Of a stretch of DNA of 26,786 nucleotides, positions 8,262 to 17,139 are shown piece by piece (within the stretch, counting starts at the first letter, position 1; the number at the start of each line of letters is the position of its first letter). A program made the position numbers and the translations under genes. A model generated the notes under the pieces. The model worked only from the letters and a program-made list of their open reading frames with translations, was not told the origin of the DNA and ran no database searches. This DNA comes from a virus. Taxonomy: Duplodnaviria; Caudoviricetes. The stretch lies in IMG/VR virus record IMGVR_UViG_3300020042_004169, positions 1-26,786 of that record. One strand, written 5' to 3'.

Positions 8262-8753
8262 TTAAAAAATGAATTCAATAATCGAATTGAATGGCGGTGC
8301 TTGTGAGAACGTGACATTACCACCGCCAAGTGTGTATGTGTTTTGATTTTGATACACACCATTGATGTATATAAGACTTGGCAAAAAAGAAACGCCAAAC
8401 ACAGTTTGTGTGCCAGTGCCAGTTGCGTTGACAAAAAGATTACCAGCAGAGCCAGGAAATGCATTGCCATTCAACGAGGTATAGATCACCGTGCCATTTT
8501 TATTCTGTACTTGAATGGAGTAATCGCTTGAGGTGTAGATGCGACTTGGAGTGCCTTGGTAAACAGGATAACCCCCACTTGTCCGAATGGGCTGAACAGC
8601 AGTGATGGTCAAAGCCGAGTCAAAATACGCCACAATCGGGTTAGTAATTGGGTTGAGATTTACAGTGCCAATCCAGATGTAACCATCCTCAAGCGGCTGT
8701 CCATCAGCATCTGCAAACGCTGGATATGGCGGTTCTACTGATAATGCGGACAT
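8262..8753 (-). CDS. stand-alone P22-type tailspike head-binding domain plus small beta-sandwich (RBP adaptor candidate)
   Basis: FADADGQPLEDGYIWIG..NLNP...QPIRTSGGYPVYQG..YSIQVQNKNG resembles the P22 gp9 N-terminal domain; occupies the gp9 slot after the ejection genes; SD AGGAG. Confidence 0.75.
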   Translation of the reverse strand: MSALSVEPPYPAFADADGQPLEDGYIWIGTVNLNPITNPIVAYFDSALTITAVQPIRTSGGYPVYQGTPSRIYTSSDYSIQVQNKNGTVIYTSLNGNAFPGSAGNLFVNATGTGTQTVFGVSFLPSLIYINGVYQNQNTYTLGGGNVTFSQAPPFNSIIEFIF

Positions 8754-8769
8754 TTATTTATTCTCCTGT

Positions 8770-10965
8770 TTACGGTTGCCCAGCTTTACGCTTGAGCAGT
8801 TCTTCCATTGCTTTAACTGCGTTATCTTTGTTGATGCCACGCAATTCTTCAGCCTTTTCAGCTAACAATTCTACTGCACGCCTTGCCGCACCACCTCTTG
8901 CAATGTCGACACCCGTTTGCATTGCTTCAGCAACTTGACCTTTTAAAGAGGTCTGTGCAGCCGCCCCAAACATACGATCTAGTTCATTTACAAAAATAAG
9001 CTGATTCACGATGTCATCATCCAGCTTCATGCCGTATTTTGTAGCAGTCTGATTAGCTTGGTCAAGCGAATCAATCAGGTTTGCCCGTGTGCCGTAATTA
9101 CTGGTCAACTTACGCATCGCTGTGCCAAGTTGCTTGTTTGCACTTGCCGAGTCAAAATCAATATTTGTACCAGCCGCTTTTTGTAAATCATCTAACGCAG
9201 TGACGGTGTCTGAATACTTTGCATTAGCGGCCTTGTAATCAGGAAAGGTATCGCCAAGGGTTGTGTTTAGGTTGCGCCTCAAAGTTTTAAGCGTTCTCTC
9301 GGCTTGTGCTGTCAGTGGATTTGCAAGACTTCTTTTGCCAAAATCAACTTGTGTATCAATAAAACGCTTGGCTGTGTGGATGCCATAAGCATCGGGTGCT
9401 TTAACGGTGCTCAGACGCTCTAAAACCATGTTTAAGACACGTTGAGCCTGTCTGTCTCCCTGTATATCAGAACCTTGCAAATTGGCTTTAGCGACCCCGT
9501 TTGCGTCAAGTTCGACCTTTACGCCTAATGTATTTAAATCGTCAATAAAGGTATTTATGGCTGGGTCAAAGTCAACCTTTTTCCCACGCAGTTGGCTATT
9601 GGCAATTTTGTTAATATCAGCACCAGCTTGTTTATTGGCACTTGATAAAAACTGAATTCTTGAATCAACCGTGTCACCAAGAATATCGGCTGGTCTGTTT
9701 AAGGCACGAAATGCCTCACTTTTTTCGCCCATCTTAAAGATGTTAAGCATTTTGGTCATGGCCTGACGATCTTTGTCAGATGCCGCTTTGATGCTGGCAA
9801 TCGTGCCATCTTTCCAGCCCTGCTTGATGGCATCCACGGCTTGGTTATCAGGAACGGCTTGTGTGCCTGACAGACGGTAATTAACCACCTCAATCGAGTC
9901 TGGGCTTTGCTGAATCTGCTTGCTTATATTTTGTTGCTCTTGTGGTGATATTTTTTCACCCACAGTCGCCTTAATACTTTGCACGGATTCTCTGATTGTT
10001 GGTTCAGTAGGCACTTCTTGACCAGCACGAAGTTGCTCAATGCTTGTTGGTTCAAGGCGTTCACGGATTCCAGCACCCGCTGGGGCTACTTGTTTTGCTA
10101 CTTGCTGAGTTACCGCTTTTACAGCCGATGGTATAGACGGGACAAAAGCACCACCCACGGTAGCCGCAATCTGCCCACCAGTTCCTGCGCCTGATTCTTT
10201 TGCTAATCCACCAGCCCCACCAGCCGTGCCACCAGATAGCGTTTGAAGTGCTGGTGTGGTTGCCATCAATCGACCAACTTCACGAGCAACTGGCCCTGTT
10301 GCGGCAGTTTCTACAGCTTTACCCAAAGCGACACCCCCAGCACCTCCACTTGCACCAGCCGCTGTGGTCTGCATGATGCGTTCTGCCGCTGTGCGAGGTT
10401 GTGCTACACCAACACGGGTAAGCAAGTCTTCCATCGCATCAGTGGGTAATGTGTATTTTGTGCCGAATAAACTATTGACTGAACCAACAATCGGGTCGCC
10501 AAGTAAACCAGCTAGAGTCGCAGCCCCTGCCCCTGCAATAGCACCAGGAATTGCACCGACACCAGCAAATGGCGCACCCATCATTGCACCCAAAGTCGCA
10601 CCAGCCGCAGGCAAAGCCAAGCCCCTTGTAGCCGCACCAGCAAGGCCAGTTGCGGTTGTAGCGGGCACTGCAACAGTGCCGCCTAATTGAGCCGCCAATG
10701 CCGCAAGGTCTTCTGTTGGTTTCTCTACTTGGGTTGCTTGACCTGCTGGGGTTAACCAAGCATTTAATGTTTCGTCAAAGTAAGAACCCGTTGGCTTTGC
10801 ATCTGTTAATTTTGCCGACAAAAGTTGAAACCCTACTGGCGGTGTAATCGTGTTTGCTTTTGGACTTTCGGCAAAAATAGGTATGCCACCCGCAATATCT
10901 ATACGAGCAGGCGTTTGAACCGTACCGCCTAATTGCTTTGCAAGTGCTTCAAGTTCTGTTGTCAT
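8770..10965 (-). CDS. large DNA ejection protein (P22 gp16 position)
   Basis: 731 aa, Ala/Gly-rich hydrophobic N-terminal third, helical C-terminus; third of three such genes. Confidence 0.7.
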   Translation of the reverse strand: MTTELEALAKQLGGTVQTPARIDIAGGIPIFAESPKANTITPPVGFQLLSAKLTDAKPTGSYFDETLNAWLTPAGQATQVEKPTEDLAALAAQLGGTVAVPATTATGLAGAATRGLALPAAGATLGAMMGAPFAGVGAIPGAIAGAGAATLAGLLGDPIVGSVNSLFGTKYTLPTDAMEDLLTRVGVAQPRTAAERIMQTTAAGASGGAGGVALGKAVETAATGPVAREVGRLMATTPALQTLSGGTAGGAGGLAKESGAGTGGQIAATVGGAFVPSIPSAVKAVTQQVAKQVAPAGAGIRERLEPTSIEQLRAGQEVPTEPTIRESVQSIKATVGEKISPQEQQNISKQIQQSPDSIEVVNYRLSGTQAVPDNQAVDAIKQGWKDGTIASIKAASDKDRQAMTKMLNIFKMGEKSEAFRALNRPADILGDTVDSRIQFLSSANKQAGADINKIANSQLRGKKVDFDPAINTFIDDLNTLGVKVELDANGVAKANLQGSDIQGDRQAQRVLNMVLERLSTVKAPDAYGIHTAKRFIDTQVDFGKRSLANPLTAQAERTLKTLRRNLNTTLGDTFPDYKAANAKYSDTVTALDDLQKAAGTNIDFDSASANKQLGTAMRKLTSNYGTRANLIDSLDQANQTATKYGMKLDDDIVNQLIFVNELDRMFGAAAQTSLKGQVAEAMQTGVDIARGGAARRAVELLAEKAEELRGINKDNAVKAMEELLKRKAGQP

Positions 10966-12398
10966 TATCTAGTTCCTGCGGCTCTTCGGTAAGCATCCGA
11001 ATTTTTAAAAGCATCAGCAGCCGCTTTATTTGGAAAATTGTAAGTAACTCCACCTACAGTTACATTCAATTCTCTTGCTGGCACATCACTTGGTGTAGCT
11101 GGCAATCCTGAACGGGCTGTGATACTAACTCTTGCCTTTTCCAACAATCTCACTGCTTCATCAACGTTTGCTATCAGTCGTTCTGGTGATTGTTTAAGTG
11201 ATAAGTTCTGCAAAGATGCTTGAAGTTTATCGCCTTCTTTTTCAGTCAAATTACCAGTGCCTTTGATTTTTGGAATCTGAGCCAAAAATGCCTGTGAACC
11301 AAGAGTTTCTACCAATGCCTCAAAGTCGGAAACGTCTTGATTTGTGGTTGGAAGTCGTGATGCTATTGGGCCAGTGGCGGCATTGATAATATTTTTTGGT
11401 GTCTGCTTGATTCTTGTAGCAGTGTTAATAAAGTTATCAATGTCTGCTGATTGATTGGCAAGAGTTGCCTTTTGTTCTCTATCTGCTTGGTCTCGCTTTT
11501 CTTTTGCATCATCAATTTTTTGCTGTAATTCTCTCTGCCTAATTACGTTTGTTTCTTTTGCTTGAGCTGCATTCAGAGCTTTAATGCGGTTATCTTCTTT
11601 TGCAATTAAGATGTCTTCGTCAGTTTTGCGTAAAGTTGCAGCCTGTTGTTGCACTTCAAGCACAGATTTAGCTCTAACAAATTCAGATTCAACTATTGCT
11701 TTTGCAGCTTGTGCAGTTTTTAAATCAGCTTCAGCTTTTTGCATTGCTGGTGCATTTGTTGCTGTTTCTTTTGCTACTGTTGCATCTGCCACCGCTTTGT
11801 CAGCTTTAGCTACGGCTTCTTTTAATGTACTTGGCTGGAGGGATTCTGCCCTCTGAGTTGACAGTGCCTTGTCTGCGCTTTCGAGAAAATCCTTACCTCC
11901 AGGCAATCCAGCTAAAGTCAACGCAATCGTTGTCTGCGCCCCTGTTGGATTGAGCCTAATAAGATTTGAAAGGTCGTCATAAGCCTGCGCCTCTTTTTCT
12001 TTTCCAGAATTTCTAAGTGCTAAGGCTTGTTCCTTTAACTGCATTTCAGCAACTGGTAAATTTCCAGACTTGATAGCTGTGTAAATCTGTGTACCTTGCG
12101 TTAATGCAGTTTGCTGTTGCTCTTTAGTTTTTCTTTCAAAACCCTGCGTTACGATTGCCGCCTGATCTTTAGGTAAAAATGCCACTGCACGTTCATAATC
12201 TGCCGATGTTGCATTTGGATTGTTGAATAACGCTTTCAAGTCAGTTTGCGCCTTTTGCGCCTGATCTCTTACGGCTCTTGCCGCATCAATTTCAGCTATG
12301 CCTGCACCAAGTTTAAACCCACCGATTGCCGCCTCGAATGGGTTTTGCACATCAACTGCGTAGTTAATTGGGGCTTGGAATGGATTAATGGTTGCCAT
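10965..12398 (-). CDS. DNA ejection protein (P22 gp20 position)
   Basis: Ala/Gln/Lys coiled coil, LGSQAFL..IPKIKGTGNLTEKEGDKL motif; synteny. Confidence 0.72.
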   Translation of the reverse strand: MATINPFQAPINYAVDVQNPFEAAIGGFKLGAGIAEIDAARAVRDQAQKAQTDLKALFNNPNATSADYERAVAFLPKDQAAIVTQGFERKTKEQQQTALTQGTQIYTAIKSGNLPVAEMQLKEQALALRNSGKEKEAQAYDDLSNLIRLNPTGAQTTIALTLAGLPGGKDFLESADKALSTQRAESLQPSTLKEAVAKADKAVADATVAKETATNAPAMQKAEADLKTAQAAKAIVESEFVRAKSVLEVQQQAATLRKTDEDILIAKEDNRIKALNAAQAKETNVIRQRELQQKIDDAKEKRDQADREQKATLANQSADIDNFINTATRIKQTPKNIINAATGPIASRLPTTNQDVSDFEALVETLGSQAFLAQIPKIKGTGNLTEKEGDKLQASLQNLSLKQSPERLIANVDEAVRLLEKARVSITARSGLPATPSDVPARELNVTVGGVTYNFPNKAAADAFKNSDAYRRAAGTR

Positions 12399-12409
12399 GT
12401 TTTATCCCT

Positions 12410-13135
12410 TTAGAACCCAAGACCTACGGCAGACTTACCGCCTGAGCCATATTGGAAACCCAACATTTGTGCTGGCAGATTAAATAGCTGACCATAAGCC
12501 TTTGCCTCACCAAGTTCGCCACCAGCTTGGGCTGCGCCCTGTTGAGCTAACAAATTGGAAACATTCGTTCCAGTAGCTATGCCTTGTGCGCCTACGCCTG
12601 CGGCAGATGCTTGACCAATTTTTAACAAATTAGCCTGTGTTTCACGCCCAATATCTGAGAAACCACCAAGCCTTCCGTATTGGCGCTCAATTTCCTGTTC
12701 CAACATTTGTGGTCTAAATTGAGCCAATGCCGCTTGGATATTGCCACCACGTAATCCACCTGTGGCAGATGCACGTTGTAATAATGCTTCTTCACCAGAC
12801 CGCACTCTGGCTTGAAAGCCACCGCCTTGCTCAATTTCGGCAATCGCTGCTGCCTGTCTCTCAGGGCCAAGAACACCCGCTAATGCTTGTTGTTGTTCAA
12901 AGGCTTTCGGCCCTGCTTCAGCGTATGCTTGGTAACCAGTCATCGCTGGCACACCAATATCCACATACGGTTTTAATATGGTTTGTAAAGCATCAAACTG
13001 CCTACGCTGTTCTTCAATGCCTTTTTGAGCCGCTTCGCCTTGGATGCCTGCGGCTTCGCCAGCGGCACTGGCTTGCATTGAACTTCCGATAAGTTGGCTT
13101 CCACCAACGACTAGGGCTGTTACTGGATCAGGCAT
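12410..13135 (-). CDS. DNA ejection protein (P22 gp7-like)
   Basis: EQRRQFD..LKPY, ASATGGLRGGNIQAALAQF, GQASAAG; start MPDPVT at 13135 with SD GGAG. Confidence 0.82.
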   Translation of the reverse strand: MPDPVTALVVGGSQLIGSSMQASAAGEAAGIQGEAAQKGIEEQRRQFDALQTILKPYVDIGVPAMTGYQAYAEAGPKAFEQQQALAGVLGPERQAAAIAEIEQGGGFQARVRSGEEALLQRASATGGLRGGNIQAALAQFRPQMLEQEIERQYGRLGGFSDIGRETQANLLKIGQASAAGVGAQGIATGTNVSNLLAQQGAAQAGGELGEAKAYGQLFNLPAQMLGFQYGSGGKSAVGLGF

Positions 13136-13571
13136 CGCCAAACTCCTTCATATAATCTTCAAAAGTCTCGCCATACAAAGCCATCACATGATGACCATGC
13201 ACAGTGGCAAAACCAGCCCCATGCACCAGCGAAACCACCATCAAAACCAAATCATAATATCCAGCACGCCACATGAATGACTTGGCATCTGCACGCTTAT
13301 TGCGCTCTGCCGTATCTGAGGCTTGCCACTTGAGAATCATTGTCGCCAGCAAAGGCGTTAAATGGGTGCTGTTGGCGATAAAAAATGTATTCTGGTGCAT
13401 ACCCACCAATGTGTTCCAAATGGTCGCATTGAGGTCTTTACGATCTACTGCATCGCCATCCGCTACATCATCAAAGACTTGGATTGCGTCATAGACCATT
13501 ATCAGCCACTCAATGGCTGGTTGGGGTAGCATAAAAACCTTATTCAGGTTCTCTCGCAATCCATCAGTCAT
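13128..13571 (-). CDS. helical protein with DDxxD motif (isoprenoid-synthase-like candidate) in the P22 gp14 slot
   Basis: YDAIQVFDDVADGD; SD AGGAG 7 nt before ATG 13571; overlaps the gp7-like start by 8 nt. ORF is secure, function is inferred. Confidence 0.6.
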   Translation of the reverse strand: MTDGLRENLNKVFMLPQPAIEWLIMVYDAIQVFDDVADGDAVDRKDLNATIWNTLVGMHQNTFFIANSTHLTPLLATMILKWQASDTAERNKRADAKSFMWRAGYYDLVLMVVSLVHGAGFATVHGHHVMALYGETFEDYMKEFGDA

Positions 13572-13590
13572 GCACAACTCCTAATAAGGG

Positions 13591-13622
13591 CAGGCCGCTG
13601 GATGCCAGAACTCAGCGGCTTG
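13591..13622 (-). promoter_or_regulatory. leader hairpin upstream of the DDxxD/ejection genes
   Basis: GCCGCTG/CAGCGGC stem with 12-nt loop, between the promoter candidate and the SD. Confidence 0.5.
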
Positions 13623-13650
13623 ATTTTCGCACAAATTGACAAAAGGTCAA
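13623..13650 (-). promoter_or_regulatory. candidate promoter TTGACC-N16-GAAAAT
   Basis: Mostly intergenic; same pattern as at 22167 and 24263. Confidence 0.45.
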
Positions 13651-14042
13651 TCTTCTTCTTCTTCGTCTTCCCAAGCCTGACAAACCCGCATATCGTTGCA
13701 GATAAAGTTCAGTTTCATGCAGTGACCCCTGAACCCTGCGCCCTTGTCATAAGCCGCCATTGGGATGCGCTCAATTTTGACTTGGGTCATAAAGGTATTG
13801 TCGTAATAGCCGCAGTTTGAGCAGTGTTTGCGTCTTGCGTCTTTTTCATCGCATTGCATCGCCTCTGCCAACCCTACGTAGAACTCCTTATTTGCACCAG
13901 CTTCATTGGTTGGCATTTCAGGGCCATAGTTCCAATCAGCTACTGCAACTGCGTAGTTCTTTTTATTCTCTGCTGTCGTCAAGAATCCCTCATCCATTGG
14001 CAGGCCAGTAAAGCCTCGGGGAATCATCATAAATTCTTTCAT
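13647..14042 (-). CDS. Cys-rich protein with HiPIP-like cysteine spacing
   Basis: HCSNCGYY...GHC-x12-CQAW; SD AAGGAG before ATG 14042; acidic tail. Confidence 0.6.
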   Translation of the reverse strand: MKEFMMIPRGFTGLPMDEGFLTTAENKKNYAVAVADWNYGPEMPTNEAGANKEFYVGLAEAMQCDEKDARRKHCSNCGYYDNTFMTQVKIERIPMAAYDKGAGFRGHCMKLNFICNDMRVCQAWEDEEEED

Positions 14043-14052
14043 GCTGTGCTCC

Positions 14053-14388
14053 TTATGTAATTTCACGGCCTGATGCTCGGATGGTTAGGGATGTTGCCGC
14101 CCCTGCGATTGTGGAAATAAACCCACCTACATCTAGTGCTTGCCCAACTAATTCAGGACAAGTGTAGGTTTCATCAGGAACAAGACTTCGTGAATCTACA
14201 ATCAAGTTAGATGCCCCTGCCGTGCCGCCAGTTGTCACCAAGTTGCAACTGAAAGTCACATTATTTGCGCTAGTATTAGTGACCGTGAACTTGTCAATTA
14301 TTGCCTTGACATTCGTTGCGGTGTATTGGGTGGTCTGTGCGTTCTCTGCCTGTTTTGCAGGGATAAGCACTTTGATAATAACGGTCAT
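14053..14388 (-). CDS. small beta-sandwich tail-associated protein
   Basis: TTQYTA, IIDKFTVTN, ETYTCPELVGQAL, LTIRASGREI; coupled to the needle gene by ATGA. Confidence 0.7.
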   Translation of the reverse strand: MTVIIKVLIPAKQAENAQTTQYTATNVKAIIDKFTVTNTSANNVTFSCNLVTTGGTAGASNLIVDSRSLVPDETYTCPELVGQALDVGGFISTIAGAATSLTIRASGREIT

Positions 14389-15170
14389 AGTACACCTTCA
14401 ATGTTGTTGTTGACTGTCAAAATTATGGACGGAATTGCTGGAACTGGTGCAGTTGCTGGCACTGCCAAAACTTCAACGCTTAAATCAGTGACTGAAAACA
14501 TTATTTCAACATAGTCGTTAGCTTTAAGGTCTAAAAATAAATTGTAAGCTGAAAAAATCTCTGCGTTGTTGCCTTGGATACGGATAAACCCTGCGCTGTT
14601 AGAAACATTTACACCATTTAATCTAAACCAAATATAAAACTCAGCAGTACCCCCAGATGTTTTGTCGATTTGAAAGCTAAGAGCAAAGTTATATAAGCCC
14701 TCGCTATCAACAACAATTCTTGATGTTGGGCTTCCAATAAATACACCTTGACTTAAATCAGTAGTATTAAATGTGATAGCTTTAGCCGTGTTGATTGTTG
14801 TGGCTGTCTGTGTAGTGGTGTCGTAAAACGACCCATATCTTGCTCGTTTAAATTCCCTTGGCGGTGGGGTCATCTGCAAACCTTCAACAGCTTTAGTCAG
14901 TTTATCCACAAGTGCCAACGCCTGATTTGCTTTGTTCTCAGCCAAAGCGCAGTTAATTGCTGATTCTTGTGCTAAAGCTGCAAGTTGAGCCAGCGCACTA
15001 TTGGCAGTTGCCGCAGCATTATCTGCTTGAAACTTAAAGTCTGCGCCAACAATATCGTCAACAGTAGAAAACAAAAGTTCAAACTGCCTTATCTGTTGCT
15101 GGTCGGTCAGAAATGTCGCCAACTGGTCACGGGTCAGATTGAGTCTGCGGGAAATGGGTGCGGTTGCCAT
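14385..15170 (-). CDS. tail needle (gp26-like coiled coil) with C-terminal beta knob
   Basis: Directly after gp10; Ala-rich coiled coil followed by YGSFYDTTTQ...GLYNFALSFQ...NDYVEIMF (C1q/TNF-like pattern). Confidence 0.6.
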   Translation of the reverse strand: MATAPISRRLNLTRDQLATFLTDQQQIRQFELLFSTVDDIVGADFKFQADNAAATANSALAQLAALAQESAINCALAENKANQALALVDKLTKAVEGLQMTPPPREFKRARYGSFYDTTTQTATTINTAKAITFNTTDLSQGVFIGSPTSRIVVDSEGLYNFALSFQIDKTSGGTAEFYIWFRLNGVNVSNSAGFIRIQGNNAEIFSAYNLFLDLKANDYVEIMFSVTDLSVEVLAVPATAPVPAIPSIILTVNNNIEGVL

Positions 15171-16615
15171 CAGTATTTCAATGCTTCAATCTGCGCCTCA
15201 AGGCGAACGTAGGACACATGGGCATCACTATCGCCACGGAAACGTTGGATGCGCCAGTTCCTCATGTGACCCTGCTTAAACCATGCGAGACGCTTCTTAA
15301 AGTTGCCAATCGTACCGACTGCAATAAACTTTTCTTGGCTATATGCCTTGCCATCCAATGAGTAACTGGTGCTGATTTGTGGATTCTTGCCAACAGCAAT
15401 GCTACCTGTCAGACTGACAAGTTCCAGTTCGTTGAATATCGCCCCATTGCTTTCGTTATAGACAATCAACGTGCCAAACTCCCAATAGACTTGCTGTCCC
15501 CAATGATGGCCTGTGTCCTGCACCAAGTACCCAATGCTTGTACTTTGCGGGTCTCCAACCATCCACTTGTCATACACCCACACCATGTTTCTGGCTCGGT
15601 ATTGAGCAAGACCTGACAGGGTACTGACCAAAATAAACCAAACAGGGGTTTGCAAAGCCTCGGATGCGGCTGCATCATAAACTAGGGTCTGGTCAGGCAA
15701 ATGCACATAAAGATGCTGATGGTTCTTATCGTTTCTAGCCTCCAGTTTGACCAAGGCCAATTGTGCCTCGGTGTATTCCAACAGGATGTTGTCAATTTCT
15801 TGTGTGCTAACTTTTTGAGTTGTTGCGGCTGCACCTATGTAAATACTTGGAGCTTCATTTCGACCACCGCCTAAAAAAGCAATGCGCTCAATAAAAACAC
15901 AGCAAGCCTGTGTGCCGACCACACCTTTTTGAATCTGTGCGCCATCAACTCTAGCGAATGGAAACAACGTCCCGCCTATGTTATCGAATACCTCAATAGT
16001 ATTTCTGTTCAAAGCATAGACTTCGTTTCGCAGTTTCAGTAAAGCAACCACAGGGTCAGGGTCAACCTCTGAACTTCCGTACTTTAATGGGTTGACTTGT
16101 GTCGGGTCGGTCAACTCAGTAACAACCAAAAACTCACCATCTGTGGTCATGAAGTAACCATCCACCCAACAGAAGTCAAGAACCACGCCAAGATCAGGGT
16201 CAGTGACCTGTCTTAGAATTGGGGCTGTTGCATTCCATACCAATGTTGATGTAGTGCTAACTGGAATCCAATAATACAAGCGACCACCAGAGGCAATCGC
16301 CAGCACATCAAAGCTGTAATCAAAAGTCACTAACTGGTCTATTGGTCCACCCACATCACCCAAGATTGTTACTGTGCCTGCGCTATTTATCTCGACCAAC
16401 TTAGTACCCATCACCCGATACAACTCTCCCCTCCAGTTGATGCCGCCACGATCAACTCCTGGCCCTGTGCCGTTGGAAATAATCCCATCGCCTGGTCGCA
16501 GAAACCCGTTACTTATGCCCGATGTTTTAGGCACAGGAACAAGGTTCACTGGGTACGATGTACGCAGTTCAGGTGTGTTGTCGGTGTAAATACCGTTCAG
16601 AATAGGTATTTGCAT
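15170..16615 (-). CDS. tail hub / DNA stabilization protein (P22 gp10-like)
   Basis: MQIPILNG, PVNLVPVPK..GFLRPGDG, GVDRGGINW, WVDGYF, SEVDPD; 481 aa; synteny. Confidence 0.9.
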   Translation of the reverse strand: MQIPILNGIYTDNTPELRTSYPVNLVPVPKTSGISNGFLRPGDGIISNGTGPGVDRGGINWRGELYRVMGTKLVEINSAGTVTILGDVGGPIDQLVTFDYSFDVLAIASGGRLYYWIPVSTTSTLVWNATAPILRQVTDPDLGVVLDFCWVDGYFMTTDGEFLVVTELTDPTQVNPLKYGSSEVDPDPVVALLKLRNEVYALNRNTIEVFDNIGGTLFPFARVDGAQIQKGVVGTQACCVFIERIAFLGGGRNEAPSIYIGAAATTQKVSTQEIDNILLEYTEAQLALVKLEARNDKNHQHLYVHLPDQTLVYDAAASEALQTPVWFILVSTLSGLAQYRARNMVWVYDKWMVGDPQSTSIGYLVQDTGHHWGQQVYWEFGTLIVYNESNGAIFNELELVSLTGSIAVGKNPQISTSYSLDGKAYSQEKFIAVGTIGNFKKRLAWFKQGHMRNWRIQRFRGDSDAHVSYVRLEAQIEALKY

Positions 16616-16909
16616 TTACTTCGCCTTGTTTCTGGCTGATATTTTCTTTGCCTTGGCTTGTGCATCTGCCTTAGATGACGCACCCCATGCCTTCAGGCTT
16701 AACAGCAATCTAGTAGGTTCACCATCTTTGTACTCAGGGCCAGCGTTACCACCCATACGAGCCAAGAACGATGCTCTGCGAGGATTGTCACCAGATTTAA
16801 CAGGAGGCTTTAGATTCATGCCTTCAGCCTTTGCCGCAGCCCTACCCTTGGCGTTCAAGCCGCCTTTAGGGTTCTGACCTTCTTTGCGTGCGTAGGCTGG
16901 GCTTTTCAT
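16616..16909 (-). CDS. small basic protein (DUF6321-like)
   Basis: RKEGQNPKGGLNAKGRA, NLKPPV, RRASFLARM, RLLLSLKAWG. Confidence 0.7.
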   Translation of the reverse strand: MKSPAYARKEGQNPKGGLNAKGRAAAKAEGMNLKPPVKSGDNPRRASFLARMGGNAGPEYKDGEPTRLLLSLKAWGASSKADAQAKAKKISARNKAK

Positions 16910-17139
16910 CTGAAACTCTTAATCTTTTCGGCAACCTTTTTGGGCTGCTTTGCAAACTGTTTGCCTTTAGCCGTAGCCTCACGCTTGGCTTTAGTGGTAG
17001 CCGCATATTCTGCCGAAGTCAACGCCTTTATTGCTTTTGCAGGTAGATACCTTTCGCCCGTTTCAGACGATGGCTTGCCCGATTTAGTGCGCCAGTTTTG
17101 CGAACCCCAATCTTTCAGGCTTTTCTGCGGGGCTTTCAT
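16906..17139 (-). CDS. small basic protein (DUF5872-like, C-terminal half)
   Basis: QKSLKDW..QNWRTKSGK, ERYLPAKAIKALT, GKQFAKQP; SD GGAGG. Confidence 0.7.
   Translation of the reverse strand: MKAPQKSLKDWGSQNWRTKSGKPSSETGERYLPAKAIKALTSAEYAATTKAKREATAKGKQFAKQPKKVAEKIKSFR

Noticed and set aside
5011-8753. Diversity-generating retroelement or invertible tail cassette
   Set aside because: No reverse transcriptase, invertase, or TR/VR-length nucleotide repeat seen by eye; a self dot-plot would confirm
13635-13651. FNR/CRP box
   Set aside because: TTGAC-N5-GTCAA does not match TTGAT-N4-ATCAA spacing; retained only as a generic palindrome
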